A stretch of DNA of 64,000 bases from Lytechinus pictus (taxonomy: Eukaryota), in the NCBI RefSeq assembly GCF_037042905.1, contig NC_087245.1:23252001-23316000 (forward strand), given 5' to 3'. A program made the translations under genes and the position numbers. Positions 54,001 through 64,000 of the stretch are shown piece by piece. How positions within the stretch are numbered: position 1 is the stretch's first letter; each line of letters starts with the position of its first letter. A model generated the notes under the pieces. The model did not search any database. It had not been told where the DNA came from and worked only from the letters and a program-made list of their open reading frames with translations.

Positions 54001-57000
54001 TCCTTTTGCAACATGTACTTTTACAACACAACCATTTGTATTTATTATTTGTAAATATTTTCATTTTTGTACACATTCATTATTATAAATAGATTCATTT
54101 TTTGTATACACAAATTCATAGATATGCTCTTGGTAGACTCTTATACCAGAGTGACATAAAATCTTTTCTTACTATTAAAGTCAAAGGCCATTTTGGATAA
54201 CAATTGATATATTGATCATTGTTTAAAAAATATTGAATCAAATTAAATGAAATTTCTTCCCTTTTTTCAAATCCCCTTCTACTACAAGAAGAATCAGGGG
54301 AGGGGAAAGGGGGAGCAGTGACCCCCTGCTGCCCCCTGAACGGCAGCTCATTGAGTTTACATAAACCATAACAAGATCAAGTTATATTGGGCTTTAGGCT
54401 CAGAGGGCTTATGGTATTCTTTGTTTTTGTCCACCATACCTTGTAGCAACCTTTGTCATGAGCAAGGCATTCCTTTCTCTCAAAGGTATGCATACCATGT
54501 GAAATCATCTAGCTAACAGGTCTTTGTCTGACCTAGCAACAATCATGAATCATGCATTCATTGGATATAGTGTCCCACCACAATTAGACAAATTCCTGAA
54601 GGTGGTGCACACAGTCAGTATTGTGCATTTGTTTTGACAACTTTCAATAGATAGACCCATATGAATAGAGGAATGCTATGACCATTGAAATTCAAAGAGC
54701 CAGATGGTAGCTTTGCTTGCAATGTTTAAATACCTTTATGAACTGGTCATCATGGATTCAAGTATAAAAGAGGAGAGATTTGTGTCATGAATTACTTATT
54801 GTTGTATTCATGAAGGCATGATAATAGATTCTCACCCCCTCTCTGCCTATTGGATGATAGCACTAAAGTCTATTGTCAAACATCATGTTTATGCATGGTT
54901 TAGAAATTAAAACCAATGCGTGGTGGTTTCGTCACTAACTGTCAAAAGTTTGCCTATCATTTGCTGGAGTATATAAGACAGGCCTAGCTTGCTCTAAGTG
55001 GAGGCAGTGAGCAAGCAAGGCCAGTGTACAGAGACACATATAACAGAACTTGTGACTAGTCATGTGATGATGATGTCATTAGTGGTGATGTCACTACATC
55101 TACATAACAATAAACATGCACAACACAATACTCTACATACCATAACCCCCTTTTATGCTGTATGCTGGTCTTGTTTATTATCTATTTATGTCAGCCTTTT
55201 TTCAGCTGGCATAAATAGGTGATTGCTAGTGGGCTGCGTTTTCAACTCTAAACTAATTTATGCTAATTAGATTTGAATCAAAGTCCAGTTCAGAAGTTCA
55301 TAGAAAGTTCATTTGCTCATCCGAAGGGCTAGTAGGTCAAGGGTCCACAAACCTAGGATATGAAATGTTTTTATTTCCCTCTTCAAAAATAAAATATTTA
55401 TCTTTTTTAGTTGTTTATTAAATCAGCACTAGTATTATTTTGAAACATGCAATGCAGGCGAGACTGGCAGAGACCACTTTTCAAGTTATTTACATGAACA
55501 GTGGGCTCATTAAGGCATTGACCTTTAATAGTACCAAGCACTGATAAAAACACACATTCATTTTTGGAGGCTTCTTCAATATGCACTCAATTCATGAACC
55601 CTTTTGTCGGACTAAAGTCCAAATAGAATTCAAGTCACAGTCATTGCGATTTTTAATTGAATTTGCTTTTATTTTTATAGCATCGAATTGCATAGTGTGC
55701 GCCGGGCTTGACATTCATTCAAAAAGATATATGGTCCGTAGACAGATATTGTTCCTCTTTGTAGCCCAAAATTGATGAAATACAAAACAAAAATTAATCT
55801 TGCTTTCCTGCATTTTTGTCTCACATACATGTAGCAGGTGAGGTGCTATAGCTGCCGCTTTTCCGACGGCGACGGCGGCGTCAACACCAAATCTTAACCG
55901 AAGGTTAAGTTTTTGAAATGACAGCATAACTTAGAAAGTATATGGTCCTAGTTCATGAAACTTGGCCATAAAGTTAATCAAGTATAACTGAACATCCTGC
56001 CTGAGTTTCAGGTCACATGACCAAGGTCAAAGGTCATTTAGGGTCAATGAACTTTGGCCAAGTTGGGGGCATTTGTTGAATTACCATCATAACTCTGAAA
56101 GTCTATTGATCTAGTTCATAAAACTTGGACATAAAGAGTAATCAAGAGTAATCAAGTATCACTGAACATCCTGTGCGAATTTCAGGTCACATGGCCAACG
56201 TCAAAGGTCAATGAACTTTGGTCATAATGGGGGTATCTGTTGAATTACCAATCATAACTCTGTAAGTATATTGGTCTAGTTCATGAAACTTGGCCATAAA
56301 GTTAATCAAGTATTACTGAACATCCTGCCTGAGTTTCAGGTCACATGACCAAGGTCAAAGGTCATTTAAGGTCAATGAACCATGGCCATTTTAGAGGTAA
56401 ATATTAGATTGCTGTCATTACTTTCAAAGTTTATAGATATAGTGTATAAAATGTGGATATAGGGGTAATCAAGTATCACTGACAAGTTTTAGGTCACATG
56501 ATCAAGGTCATGAAAGTAGTATTGTATCCTTGGTGTTTTTTGTGAATGATTATTTTATAGTATTTTTCAAAGTCAGCACTGCTGCTATATTGAATCGTGT
56601 GATGCAGGTGAGACCGCCAGAAGCATTCCACTTGTTACTACTAAATATTGAATTTTCCTACCTCTTCTTGTCTCCTGGATATAGAAACCCAGACAGATGT
56701 AATTCTCCGAGAGAGAGCCATGTTTTATTACCAGTTACTGCATGCTGATATCAATAAGGTAAGCCTAAGTAATACAGTGATAAGTACCCTGTTATTATTA
56801 ATGTAAATATGCTTTTTAATGCTCTTACAATTTGAAATTGTAAAATCCATCAAGTTCATTGAAAAAAAAATACAATTAGTCCTGAATCAGCAAAAATCAC
56901 ATGTTGTATGGACATGAGGGGTGGTAACAACTTGGTTAAGTAAGCAAGCACACTTCATAATTAAATGGGAGAAAGTTTTATCCTTTTTCTATTTTAGCTC

Positions 57001-60000
57001 AGGAAATTATATAGTCTGTGGCAATCAAAATAATGCATGCTAATACATTTCTTCACAGAAGTTAGCCATTAAGATTAAAAACACTCCTGGAAAATGGGGA
57101 GTTTTTCGCTTCCTTTTTGTGTGTCTCTATTAATACTTATGAAGTCATTTTGGTTATGAATACTTGAGTCATTTTGGTTTTAACTGATGACAACAAATCC
57201 TCAATCACAGTTTACTCAAAATTGATTCTGCATTGTCAATGGAGATGCCAGTACCAGCAGATTAAGAAATGGCTAGTAATTTTTTTTATTTATTTATTTT
57301 TTTTTTTTTGGGGGGGGGGGCTATGTAAAATGAAAAGAAATCTAATTTGTTAAACACTTGTTTGATACTGTATTTTTGAAGATAATGTAAATATTTTGTG
57401 AATTCTGAAGCTGTAATAATTTCTGATTTGTACTTATCATTAACACATCAATCCTTTGTATTACAGGCAAAGCTGGTAATCTGTTCATCTCAGAGGTTAA
57501 CACCACCTTCAAGAGCTACATCAAGGCAACATTCATCAATCAACAACTTCAATAGCTTCCAACTGTTATTGGGTAAGAATTTGATTCGGCAAGAATTTAT
57601 TTGTTCGGACATTTGGGTCAGTATAATCAGCATATTCTTCACCTAAGTGGGCTAAAGTAGGAAACACCCTTCTTCAATGGAAAGTTAAAAGTTTCGTAAT
57701 ACCTCAAAAATGATTGAACTCAATTTACTGTTTTTAGCTAGTGTGTTGTAAAAAATGCTAAACTTCTAAAGATACTGTAAATATTTTCACCTTACATGTA
57801 TGTGAATTTTCATTGGGATCAATACAAGGTGTAATTTGGCATTAAAAGAAACATGTAAAGTAGCACCCATTCAGAATTTTTCTTTCACCTTGATTGAAAT
57901 CTCTCTTAATTTTTTTTCCCCCCAGGATCTGATGACATCTCACACAATGAATTGAAGCAACAGCCATCCTCGTTCTCATCAGATATGCCTTCAGTCAGGA
58001 CCTTGCCCTCTGCTGTGACTGATGCTGTGGCAGCACCAGAGGGTATGCTTGTTGATCTAAGCTTGGATGATACCAAGGTGCAGGATGCAGGAAACAATGA
58101 CAAATATTCAGGCACCAACCATAACCTAGAAGGCACAAACCTACATCTCCATACAGGACATGGGAGGGACAGTAGCAACGTTAACATTGAAATCAAAACT
58201 GCAGCAGGGTCAAAGCTTAGAGAAAAAGGAAGTTTATCATTTCTACAAGATGTTAAAGACCTTGGGGAGAGTTCAATCGGTGTGTGTGACGAAGCAAAAG
58301 CTTCTGAAGAAAGGAAGGATTCTGTACAAATTCAAAGACTTGTAGGCACTTCTGGAGTAGCATCCTCAGTGTCCAAGGATCTTAAAGACATGAAACCATC
58401 CCTTCCAACAAAGAGCATTCAGTCTTCTGAACATTCAAGAAGCACTGTTGAACACCCTGGATCTATAGATGCTGAAGATGGTGAGAAAGAAGAGGAGAGT
58501 TTGGTTGCAAGCGTTCAAGAGGAAGAAGTGACATATGGTGTAACCTTTGACAAGTCGTTTACACTCTCACCCCAGGAATTTGAAGAAAAATGGATGGAAT
58601 GTACAAACAGGTATATCTATGTACTACTTCATATTTTGTATTACAAAATGCAGTTGTAGTAACGAGAACAAATATGAAAAGTTGTCCTGATCAGTTCAAA
58701 TTTTGAAAGATTACCGAAACAGGTTAAGTTTTACTTATAAAATTAGAAATTTTCTCAATATTGTGATATCATCATTAACAGAATTGTTGCCTATGTGCAA
58801 TTCAAGCTAAAGCCTACAAAATTTGTCATGAATTAAATACCCTTGATTTTACTGGTACTATTAGATAAAGCAAGGTCTTTTTTCTCTCTTATGGAAGTAT
58901 TAAATAGTTATCTAGGGAATTAATAATTTGATTTTAAAAAATGATATACAACTGCATGAAGCCATTAGACTGGCTACAATATCATTTTGTACTTTGATAT
59001 ACTCAGAGATTCACACAGTCTTGAAAGCCATCACTTGCTTTCTTGTGGTATTAAAGGACAAGTCCACCCCAGCAAAAAGTTGGTTTGAATAATAAGAGAA
59101 AAATCCAACAAGCATAACACCCAAAATTTCATCAAAATCGGATGTAAAATAAGAAAGTTATGACATTGTTAATTTTCGCTTAATTTCACAAAACAGTTAT
59201 ATGCTTATCCTGGTCGGTATGCAAATGAGGGGACTGATGACATCACTCACTCACTATTTCTTTTGTATTTTATTATCTGAAATATGAATTATTCTAATTT
59301 TCTCCTCATTGTCCTGTGAGACAAAGTTTTATTCCTCCCTGAACATGTGGTATTACCATTGTAATAACATCTTATGGTTCAGACAAGTTGGTCCTTATTT
59401 TCAAATAGGTAAAAATTGAAATATTGTATAATTCAAACAATAAAAAACAAAAGAAATAGTGAGTGATGGACATCATCAACTCTCTCATTTGCATGTCACT
59501 GATTTGGACATATAACTGTTTTGTGAAAATTAAGCGAAATTGTAAAATGTCACAACTTTCTCATTTTACATCCGATTTCGATGAAATTTTCAGCATGATG
59601 CTTGTTTGATTTTTCTCTATTGATTCAAATCAACATTTTTCTGGGGTGGACTTGTCCTTTAACATAGTGCAGTACAGTCGGCCACTTCCCACTTGTATTA
59701 CGCTTTCTGCTTCCTCACTTTGCATACACACATCACTGTCCTTGCTGTATATAACAATATACATGTAAGTACCCCCTCCCCCAATTAAAAAAAAGAAGAA
59801 ATTTGCATGTTTTTATGAATTAAAATGTAGGTGGGAGTGTCTTTCTACATGTACTTCAGTGAAGTCCTCTTTATTTAACAAACAGTGGAGAGGAATGTAA
59901 ACTTTTGCATGCTTTTAGGAAATAAAATGTGGGATTGGATGAGCTAAGAATATAAAAATAGCAGGTGATCTGAGTGGGATAACACAATCACAGCTAATCA

Positions 60001-62808
60001 TTGAAGTAGGATATAGGAGGGAATTGTTTGAAAGAGTATGAGCTGCCTAAATAGAGAAATTGTTATGCATAAACTCACTTTTTTTTCTTTTCTTATTCAG
60101 TAAAACGTTTGAAGTAGCTGAAAAGAAGCCTTCAGTGTTGCTTGAAAGGTTCAATGATATAGGATTCCACACCATGGCGTCCATGCCTGAAGATTCAGAG
60201 CACTGGAGAGCATTTCTTTATGCAAAAGTAAGTTCTTTTGTATTTTTTATACGCCCGTCCTAGACGGGACGTTTTATGGTATCATGCTCGGTGTCCGTCT
60301 ATCTGTCTGTCCGTCCGTTAACTTCTCCTTGTAAACGCGATAACTTCAGTTTAACTAACCTAGGTTCATATAATTTGGTGTGTATGATACTAGCATGGAT
60401 CCCAAGAAGCCTTTCGATTTTGAGGTCAAAGGTCAAGGTCACACTGACATGTTTTTATCTTGTCCTTCTGAAGTCCTTGTTAATGCGGTAACTTTGGTTT
60501 AACTTAACGTAGGCTCATATAATTTGGTGTGTATGATACTAGCGTAGATCCCACCAATTCTATTGATTTTGAGGTCAGAAGGTCAAGGTGAAGTCGCCAA
60601 CTTCCACTTTTCTTGCTTGACCAATAACTCCATTTTCTGCGTTACAGGCGGGTATATTATGTGCTTGCCTTAGCGACACTCTTGTTCATACCTATCATCA
60701 TCGGTTATGTGACATTTGCTCCAGCAACAATTGCTCCAATTGAAAGTCTGCACATTAAACCAAACATAAAACCTAACCTGCTTTAGATAAAGTAATCTAA
60801 AGACCACCACACCCTTGAATATTTCACTTTGAAACAGGTACCTTTCATTAAGACGACCTGGGCTCCGTAACACAAAGATTTGCGATTAATCACTAATTTA
60901 AAAAAAAACTTCTGATTGGTTCTTAGTCAGTCAACTGAGCAAAATGCGCATGCAACAATGATCTTGATAGGCTATTTCATTTAGCAATTAATCGTTAACC
61001 GACACAAAGGTTACGGAGCCCTGGGTTCCATAACACAAATGTTAGCGATTGATATTACGCCTGACTTACATGGCGATAGTACATTGTGATCAAATTTATT
61101 CAATCGTAAAGATATCCTTCTACATGTACGTTGATTGCTAAGCTTTGTGTGACAGGTTCCAGGTGGTTGTTTCATAAAGCTGCTATAAGTTATGAATGTC
61201 TTAACGCATGACTGGTGTACCTTTCTTGTGTTATGGTATATCCCTACATGTATGTATCTGACTTAGCACCTAAGAACATGTTCCAGTTTTGCAGATAGTC
61301 ATGTGTAACTTTACAAAGCTGAATCACCAACCCACCTACACATATATAGCCACATTATCTGTCTCCTTCGACAGGTTTTCCCCTGTTAAAAATTTACCAT
61401 TTTAAATTATTGTGGAAGGGTTTTTGTCTCGCCTGCATAGCAGAGCGAGACTATAGGCGCCGCTTTTCCGACGACATAAGGGTAATGAAGTATTACTGAA
61501 CATCAGGTCACATGACCAAGGCCAAAGGTCATTTAGGGTCAATGAACTTAGAACATGTTTGGGGAATCAATATCGAAATCTTAACCAAGGTTAAGTTTTT
61601 GAAATGTTGTCATAACTTCAAAAGTATATGGACCTAGTTCATAAAACTTAGACATTAGGTTAGTCAAGTATTACTGAATATCCTGCCTGAGTTTCACGTC
61701 ACATGATTAAGGTCAAAGGTCACTTAGGGTCAATGAACTTTGGCCATATTGGGGGTATTTGAGGTATTGTCATCATAACTTTGAAATGTTATTGATCTAG
61801 TTCATGAAAATTGGACATAAGAGCAATCGAGTATCCTTGAACATCTTGTGCTAGATTATGGTCAAAGGTCATTTAGGGTCAGCAAACTTTGGTAATGTTG
61901 GGGGTATTTGTGGAATTTTCATCATAACTTTAAAAGTCTATGGATTTAGTTCATGACACTTGGACATAAGAGCAGCAATACCCTCTGTGTGTTAAGTTAA
62001 CTTATCATGTGTAATGACACAGAGGATGACCTGATGAATATATTTTTATATAATGTACATACTGTGATATTAATTTTCAGTGTTCTGATTATGAATTATG
62101 CTGATATCACTATTCAAATAGTTGAAAAGGTGATAATTCTCCCCCGAAACCGAAAAAAAAAATCCAAATAATTTAACTCCCAGGTCATTGCCATTAAGAT
62201 TGACCTATTGATACCATTCTTTAATACTTCAGTAAGAGAAATTGTGTGTGTGTTTTCATTTCCAAACAAAGAAAAAATACAATACATTCATTTAGTTATA
62301 TATATCCATCTACATCACAATTTTATTGCATTTTTATCCAATTACTGTACAAATAAAACAATACTTCTAGTGGTGAATATATATAACACATAAATATTGA
62401 GGTATAAAGCTATGTCACAAGTAATATACACAACCCATAAGTATGTACAATTTCATAATGGTGTGGTATATAAAAGTGCAAAACTGGAGTACATACATTT
62501 ACAATATTAAAACATTGAAGCATATATCAGTAACAATTTACTTTGAAAAATGCAAATGTTCACTGAAATTTCCATTTTATTTTTTTTTTGGAATAAGAGA
62601 GATACAGATTCTTATGAGGGAGTCAAGAGAATATGATTTAATATCTTTCATCATATTATTTTCCATACAGATAGGAGGTGATCTGTTTCTCATGGAGACA
62701 ACTGTGCATCAGAGATTAGGAGCATGTTCTTCTTGCATCAAGTCTTCCGACTCCAGCCCCTCATCCACAAACAAGGTTATAGTCCTTTGTAAAAAGGAAT
62801 TCCTTTAA
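30043..62808 (+). CDS. AP4B1: AP-4 complex subunit beta-1 (beta4-adaptin), 17 coding exons, ~885 aa
   Basis: Exons: 30043-30092, 31221-31344, 32862-33034, 33858-33988, 35342-35480, 36668-36761, 37321-37444, 43962-44088, 44543-44638, 51133-51302, 51646-51779, 52399-52564, 56685-56758, 57467-57572, 57926-58610, 60101-60227, 62671-62808; total 2658 nt, all GT-AG and in phase. Beta-adaptin trunk motifs ([46 protein letters not shown]) plus beta4-like [41 protein letters not shown] and a short platform-type ear ([10 protein letters not shown]...HTMAS...WRAFLYA). Confidence 0.93.
30110..30518. mobile_element. Palindromic MITE
   Basis: TAGAGTAC...GTACTCTA termini; long internal inverted arms (catgaatacataattagccccattgaag / cttcaatggggctaattatgtattcatg). 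Confidence 0.75.
31221..31344 (+). CDS. AP4B1: AP4B1 coding exon 2
   Basis: [41 protein letters not shown]. Confidence 0.9.
31736..32512. mobile_element. piggyBac-type MITE
   Basis: TTAA|CCCTAT..AACTGGG ... CCCAGTTTAATAAGGG|TTAA. Confidence 0.8.
32862..33034 (+). CDS. AP4B1: AP4B1 coding exon 3
   Basis: [17 protein letters not shown]...[17 protein letters not shown]. Confidence 0.95.
33136..33488. mobile_element. Diverged Harbinger-like MITE
   Basis: aggcccaagatacacatgcg ... cgtatgtgtatctccagcct. Confidence 0.5.
33858..33988 (+). CDS. AP4B1: AP4B1 coding exon 4
   Basis: [35 protein letters not shown]. Confidence 0.95.
34051..34438. mobile_element. Foldback/Mutator-like MITE with internal short tandem units
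   Basis: GGTTAATTGCCAATTCGTC ... GACGACTTGGAAATAAACC, flanked by a TTCAGAT direct repeat; ttcgtctaa / ttagacgaa arrays. Confidence 0.75.
35342..35480 (+). CDS. AP4B1: AP4B1 coding exon 5
   Basis: [23 protein letters not shown]...IAHALLN. Confidence 0.93.
35616..36402. mobile_element. TIR element enclosing a ~550-bp CT-rich tract
   Basis: tcttaacagacact (35622) / agtgtctgttaaga (36381); pyrimidine tract ~35765-36310. Confidence 0.55.
36459..36729 (+). repeat. 147-bp-offset tandem duplication of an AP4B1 acceptor and exon 5' part
   Basis: 36521-36581 matches 36668-36728 with one mismatch; upstream intron sequence is also duplicated. Confidence 0.92.
36668..36761 (+). CDS. AP4B1: AP4B1 coding exon 6
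   Basis: [31 protein letters not shown]; gcag / gtaagt. Confidence 0.94.
37321..37444 (+). CDS. AP4B1: AP4B1 coding exon 7
   Basis: [22 protein letters not shown]...DVTGRLK. Confidence 0.93.
37740..38085. mobile_element. Two adjacent Harbinger-type MITEs
   Basis: ctg|GTGGGTGTTTCATAAAGCTGTTCGTAAG...CTTACGAACAGCTTTATGAAACACCCAC|cag|second copy|ctg. Confidence 0.85.
39248..43872. mobile_element. 4.6-kb non-autonomous piggyBac-type element
   Basis: TTAA|CCCTTTGCGTGCG ... CGCACGCAAAGGG|TTAA; the joined flanks (gggagaaattaatggccaaac) match the uninterrupted sister repeat at ~39040; no transposase ORF visible. Confidence 0.88.
42057..42128 (+). mobile_element. L2-type LINE/SINE 3' end fragment
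   Basis: agcgcttagaaa...agcgctatataaat stem-loop followed by an (ATT)n tail. Confidence 0.55.
43962..44088 (+). CDS. AP4B1: AP4B1 coding exon 8
   Basis: [24 protein letters not shown]...YYKKFYC. Confidence 0.93.
44195..44315. repeat. (AAT/GAT)n microsatellite
   Basis: Direct reading. Confidence 0.9.
44543..44638 (+). CDS. AP4B1: AP4B1 coding exon 9
   Basis: [31 protein letters not shown]. Confidence 0.93.
44809..48455. mobile_element. Possible decayed Kolobok-like element filling part of an AP4B1 intron
   Basis: agtatacatccgaagaa (44809) vs ttctttggatgtatact|ttaa (48455); inverted tgacgtcaca motifs at ~45008 and ~48246; several nested MITEs. Confidence 0.4.
47081..47229. mobile_element. 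149-bp palindromic hAT-like MITE
   Basis: TACCTCAAGTGATGTT...AACATCACTTGAGGTA; 8-bp flanks tggtgctc / cggtgctc; centre cctacccgggtagg. Confidence 0.75.
48610..49700. repeat. Degenerate ACAT/ATCT-rich tandem repeat
   Basis: Recurrent gaccttgat (~48716, 49173, 49360, 49506, 49680) and acatcaatatctac units. Confidence 0.7.
50095..50735 (+). mobile_element. Internally deleted L2/Crack-like LINE
   Basis: Cys-rich N-terminus plus [12 protein letters not shown] (typical ORF2 start) joined to the ORF2 C-terminus [27 protein letters not shown], then a 3' UTR ending aaataaa(ttttgaa)n. Confidence 0.7.
51133..51302 (+). CDS. AP4B1: AP4B1 coding exon 10
   Basis: [19 protein letters not shown]...AVFIEMQ. 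Confidence 0.93.
51646..51779 (+). CDS. AP4B1: AP4B1 coding exon 11
   Basis: [44 protein letters not shown]. Confidence 0.93.
51802..51926. mobile_element. Mutator-like MITE
   Basis: gacacttgctcc.gcgacaatt / aattgtcgccggagcaaatgtc, flanked by a 9-bp direct repeat ATATTCTGA. Confidence 0.7.
52399..52564 (+). CDS. AP4B1: AP4B1 coding exon 12
   Basis: [11 protein letters not shown]...[21 protein letters not shown]. Confidence 0.95.
52892..53482. mobile_element. Kolobok-like palindromic MITE (same family as 59055)
   Basis: TTAA|AGGACAAGTC...GTGGACTTGT; collinear with 59055-59658. Confidence 0.8.
55813..56636 (+). mobile_element. Helentron-associated (HINE/DINE-1-like) element
   Basis: TTTTTGTCTCAC start, gacggcg micro-repeat, tandem units with gaccaaggtcaaaggtca, subterminal caggtgagac and end cattccacttgTT; related copy at ~61420-61975. 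Confidence 0.65.
56685..56758 (+). CDS. AP4B1: AP4B1 coding exon 13
   Basis: [24 protein letters not shown]. Confidence 0.93.
57467..57572 (+). CDS. AP4B1: AP4B1 coding exon 14
   Basis: AKLVICSSQ...[11 protein letters not shown]. Confidence 0.88.
57926..58610 (+). CDS. AP4B1: AP4B1 coding exon 15 (685-nt hinge exon plus start of ear)
   Basis: Open 227-codon S/D/E-rich frame in phase with both neighbours, ending [17 protein letters not shown]; cccag / gtatat. Confidence 0.88.
59055..59658. mobile_element. Kolobok-like palindromic MITE
   Basis: TTAA|AGGACAAGTCCACCCCAG ... CTGGGGTGGACTTGTCCT|TTAA. Confidence 0.88.
60101..60227 (+). CDS. AP4B1: AP4B1 coding exon 16
   Basis: KTFEV...[26 protein letters not shown]. 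Confidence 0.9.
60243..60687 (+). mobile_element. DINE-1/HINE-like element
   Basis: ttttTATACGCCCGTC-ctaGACGGG, (GTCY)n microsatellite, subterminal caggcgggtata, 3' stem-loop ending cttgTT. Confidence 0.7.
60858..61335. mobile_element. Cluster of three Harbinger-type MITEs joined at CCWGG sites
   Basis: cctgggctccgtaacac...gttacggagccctgg; second copy to ~61160; third copy homologous to the 37740 family. Confidence 0.65.
62671..62808 (+). CDS. AP4B1: AP4B1 terminal coding exon
   Basis: IGGDLFLME...CIKS...LCKKEFL* after a catacag acceptor. Confidence 0.85.
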   Translation: MGGDLFLMETTVHQRLGACSSCIKSSDSSPSSTNKVIVLCKKEFL

Positions 62809-62830
62809 TTTTTGCTATCAGTAGTGTTAA

Positions 62831-63300
62831 AGGGATGATCCGGGCTGAAAAGATTTCTAAATAAATAGAGTAAAATTCACAGAGCAAAATGCTGAAAATT
62901 TCATCAAAATCGGATAATATTTATTAGGTGGGCTGATGATGACACATCTCCACTTTCCCTTTATTACATGAAATTATACATGTGTAAATGATGTGTCTCC
63001 ATTATTATGAAATAAGTTGCGGCAATAAATAACTAATGCACTTATCAGTTGTCAATCCAATTGTTTTAGTTTTTTGAATAAACCTAATTTCCTACAATAA
63101 AGAACAAGTGGGGATATGACATCATCAGCCCACCTAATAAATATTCATAAGAACATGCCTAGAACTGTTTCACCGGAATAATGCAAATCTTTAAAAGTCT
63201 ATAACTTTGTTATTTGTTATCCGATTTTGATCAAATTTTCAGCATTTTGCTTTTACTCTTATTTATTGAGATATAGACATTTCCAGCCTGGACCATCCCT
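62831..63300. mobile_element. Kolobok-like MITE in the AP4B1 3' UTR region
   Basis: TTAA|AGGGATGATCCGGGCTG ... CAGCCTGGACCATCCCT|TTAA. Confidence 0.85.
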
Positions 63301-64000
63301 TTAAGGAGGGCATATTGTTCCTACTCAATTGTTTAAAGGAAATGGACAGGACGGAAGTGTGGCATGATTCGTAGGACTCTGCCTAGATGAGCAAAGAGTA
63401 ACATCATCTTACTCTCTATTTTTGTTGTTCAATTATGAGCTATGCAATTTTTTAAATAATTAGGTACAGTTAGTATTTACACTATCTAATGAATAATAAG
63501 ACATTTAATGGCATATAAAAGGAGGGGGTTGCATAAGAGAACATTTTCACAATTGTAATTAATCTTGTGAACTGTAAAAGTCGGAAGTGCCACAACCCCA
63601 GCATCAGTTCACAGAATATGGTACAAGCATTAGGATATGTTGTTTAACTCGATATACTGAAATACTCTTTAAAAGCGATTATCAACATCCAGAAATATAT
63701 ATACAAATATTACATGGAACAGCAGTTGATTCCAGATTATCTTTAGACAAAAAAAATTAATTTCTACAGAAATATTGTTTAAAAATATTCGGAAATAAAT
63801 TTCGTATGGAAAGGAGAATCGTGGTATTGTAAAAATCATTTTAATGCAGCTGCATAAATTAAAGAGGAAATACTTCAGTAAACTGATAACTAAGGGTATT
63901 GCTAGCCCATTTTGGGGTCAACAAGTCTATGCTCTACAAGTACTAACTAACAACAAATGAATAGGTCTGTTTGAAATGGGAAGGATGCATATAAATAATT

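Noticed and set aside
5479..62808. Minor-spliceosome (U12) introns in either gene
   Set aside because: All inferred donors are ordinary GT types; none has the RTATCCTT signature.

Overview
AT-rich, repeat-dense animal genomic DNA. The repeat style suggests a sea urchin or other echinoderm, but that is an inference. Two divergent spliced genes were assembled by hand with GT-AG boundaries and consistent phases: TYW5 (minus strand, 8 coding exons, 15012->5479, ~320 aa JmjC hydroxylase) and AP4B1 (plus strand, putative non-coding exon 1 near 25.1-25.2 kb plus 17 coding exons, 30043->62808, ~885 aa with an unusually long hinge). A possible third, apparently non-coding, minus-strand spliced transcript runs off the left edge. 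The rest is nested transposons: a decayed Academ (XPG-type) element, a Penelope-like retroelement with 13-bp TSDs, inverted termini and two minimal hammerhead-ribozyme motifs, internally deleted LINEs, a 4.6-kb non-coding piggyBac-type element, Helentron-like interspersed elements and many MITEs. Most notable observations: (1) a recurrent TA->TACATGTA 6-bp insertion, shown by three independent copy-vs-copy comparisons, plus a dense cluster of analogous TA-NNNN-TA palindromes near transcript 5' ends, possibly DNA-transposon excision footprints; (2) the hammerhead motifs in AP4B1 intron 1; (3) a duplicated AP4B1 splice acceptor and partial exon; (4) a perfect 38-bp hairpin next to the first TYW5 donor. 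All coordinates were counted by eye; repeat boundaries may be off by a few bases.
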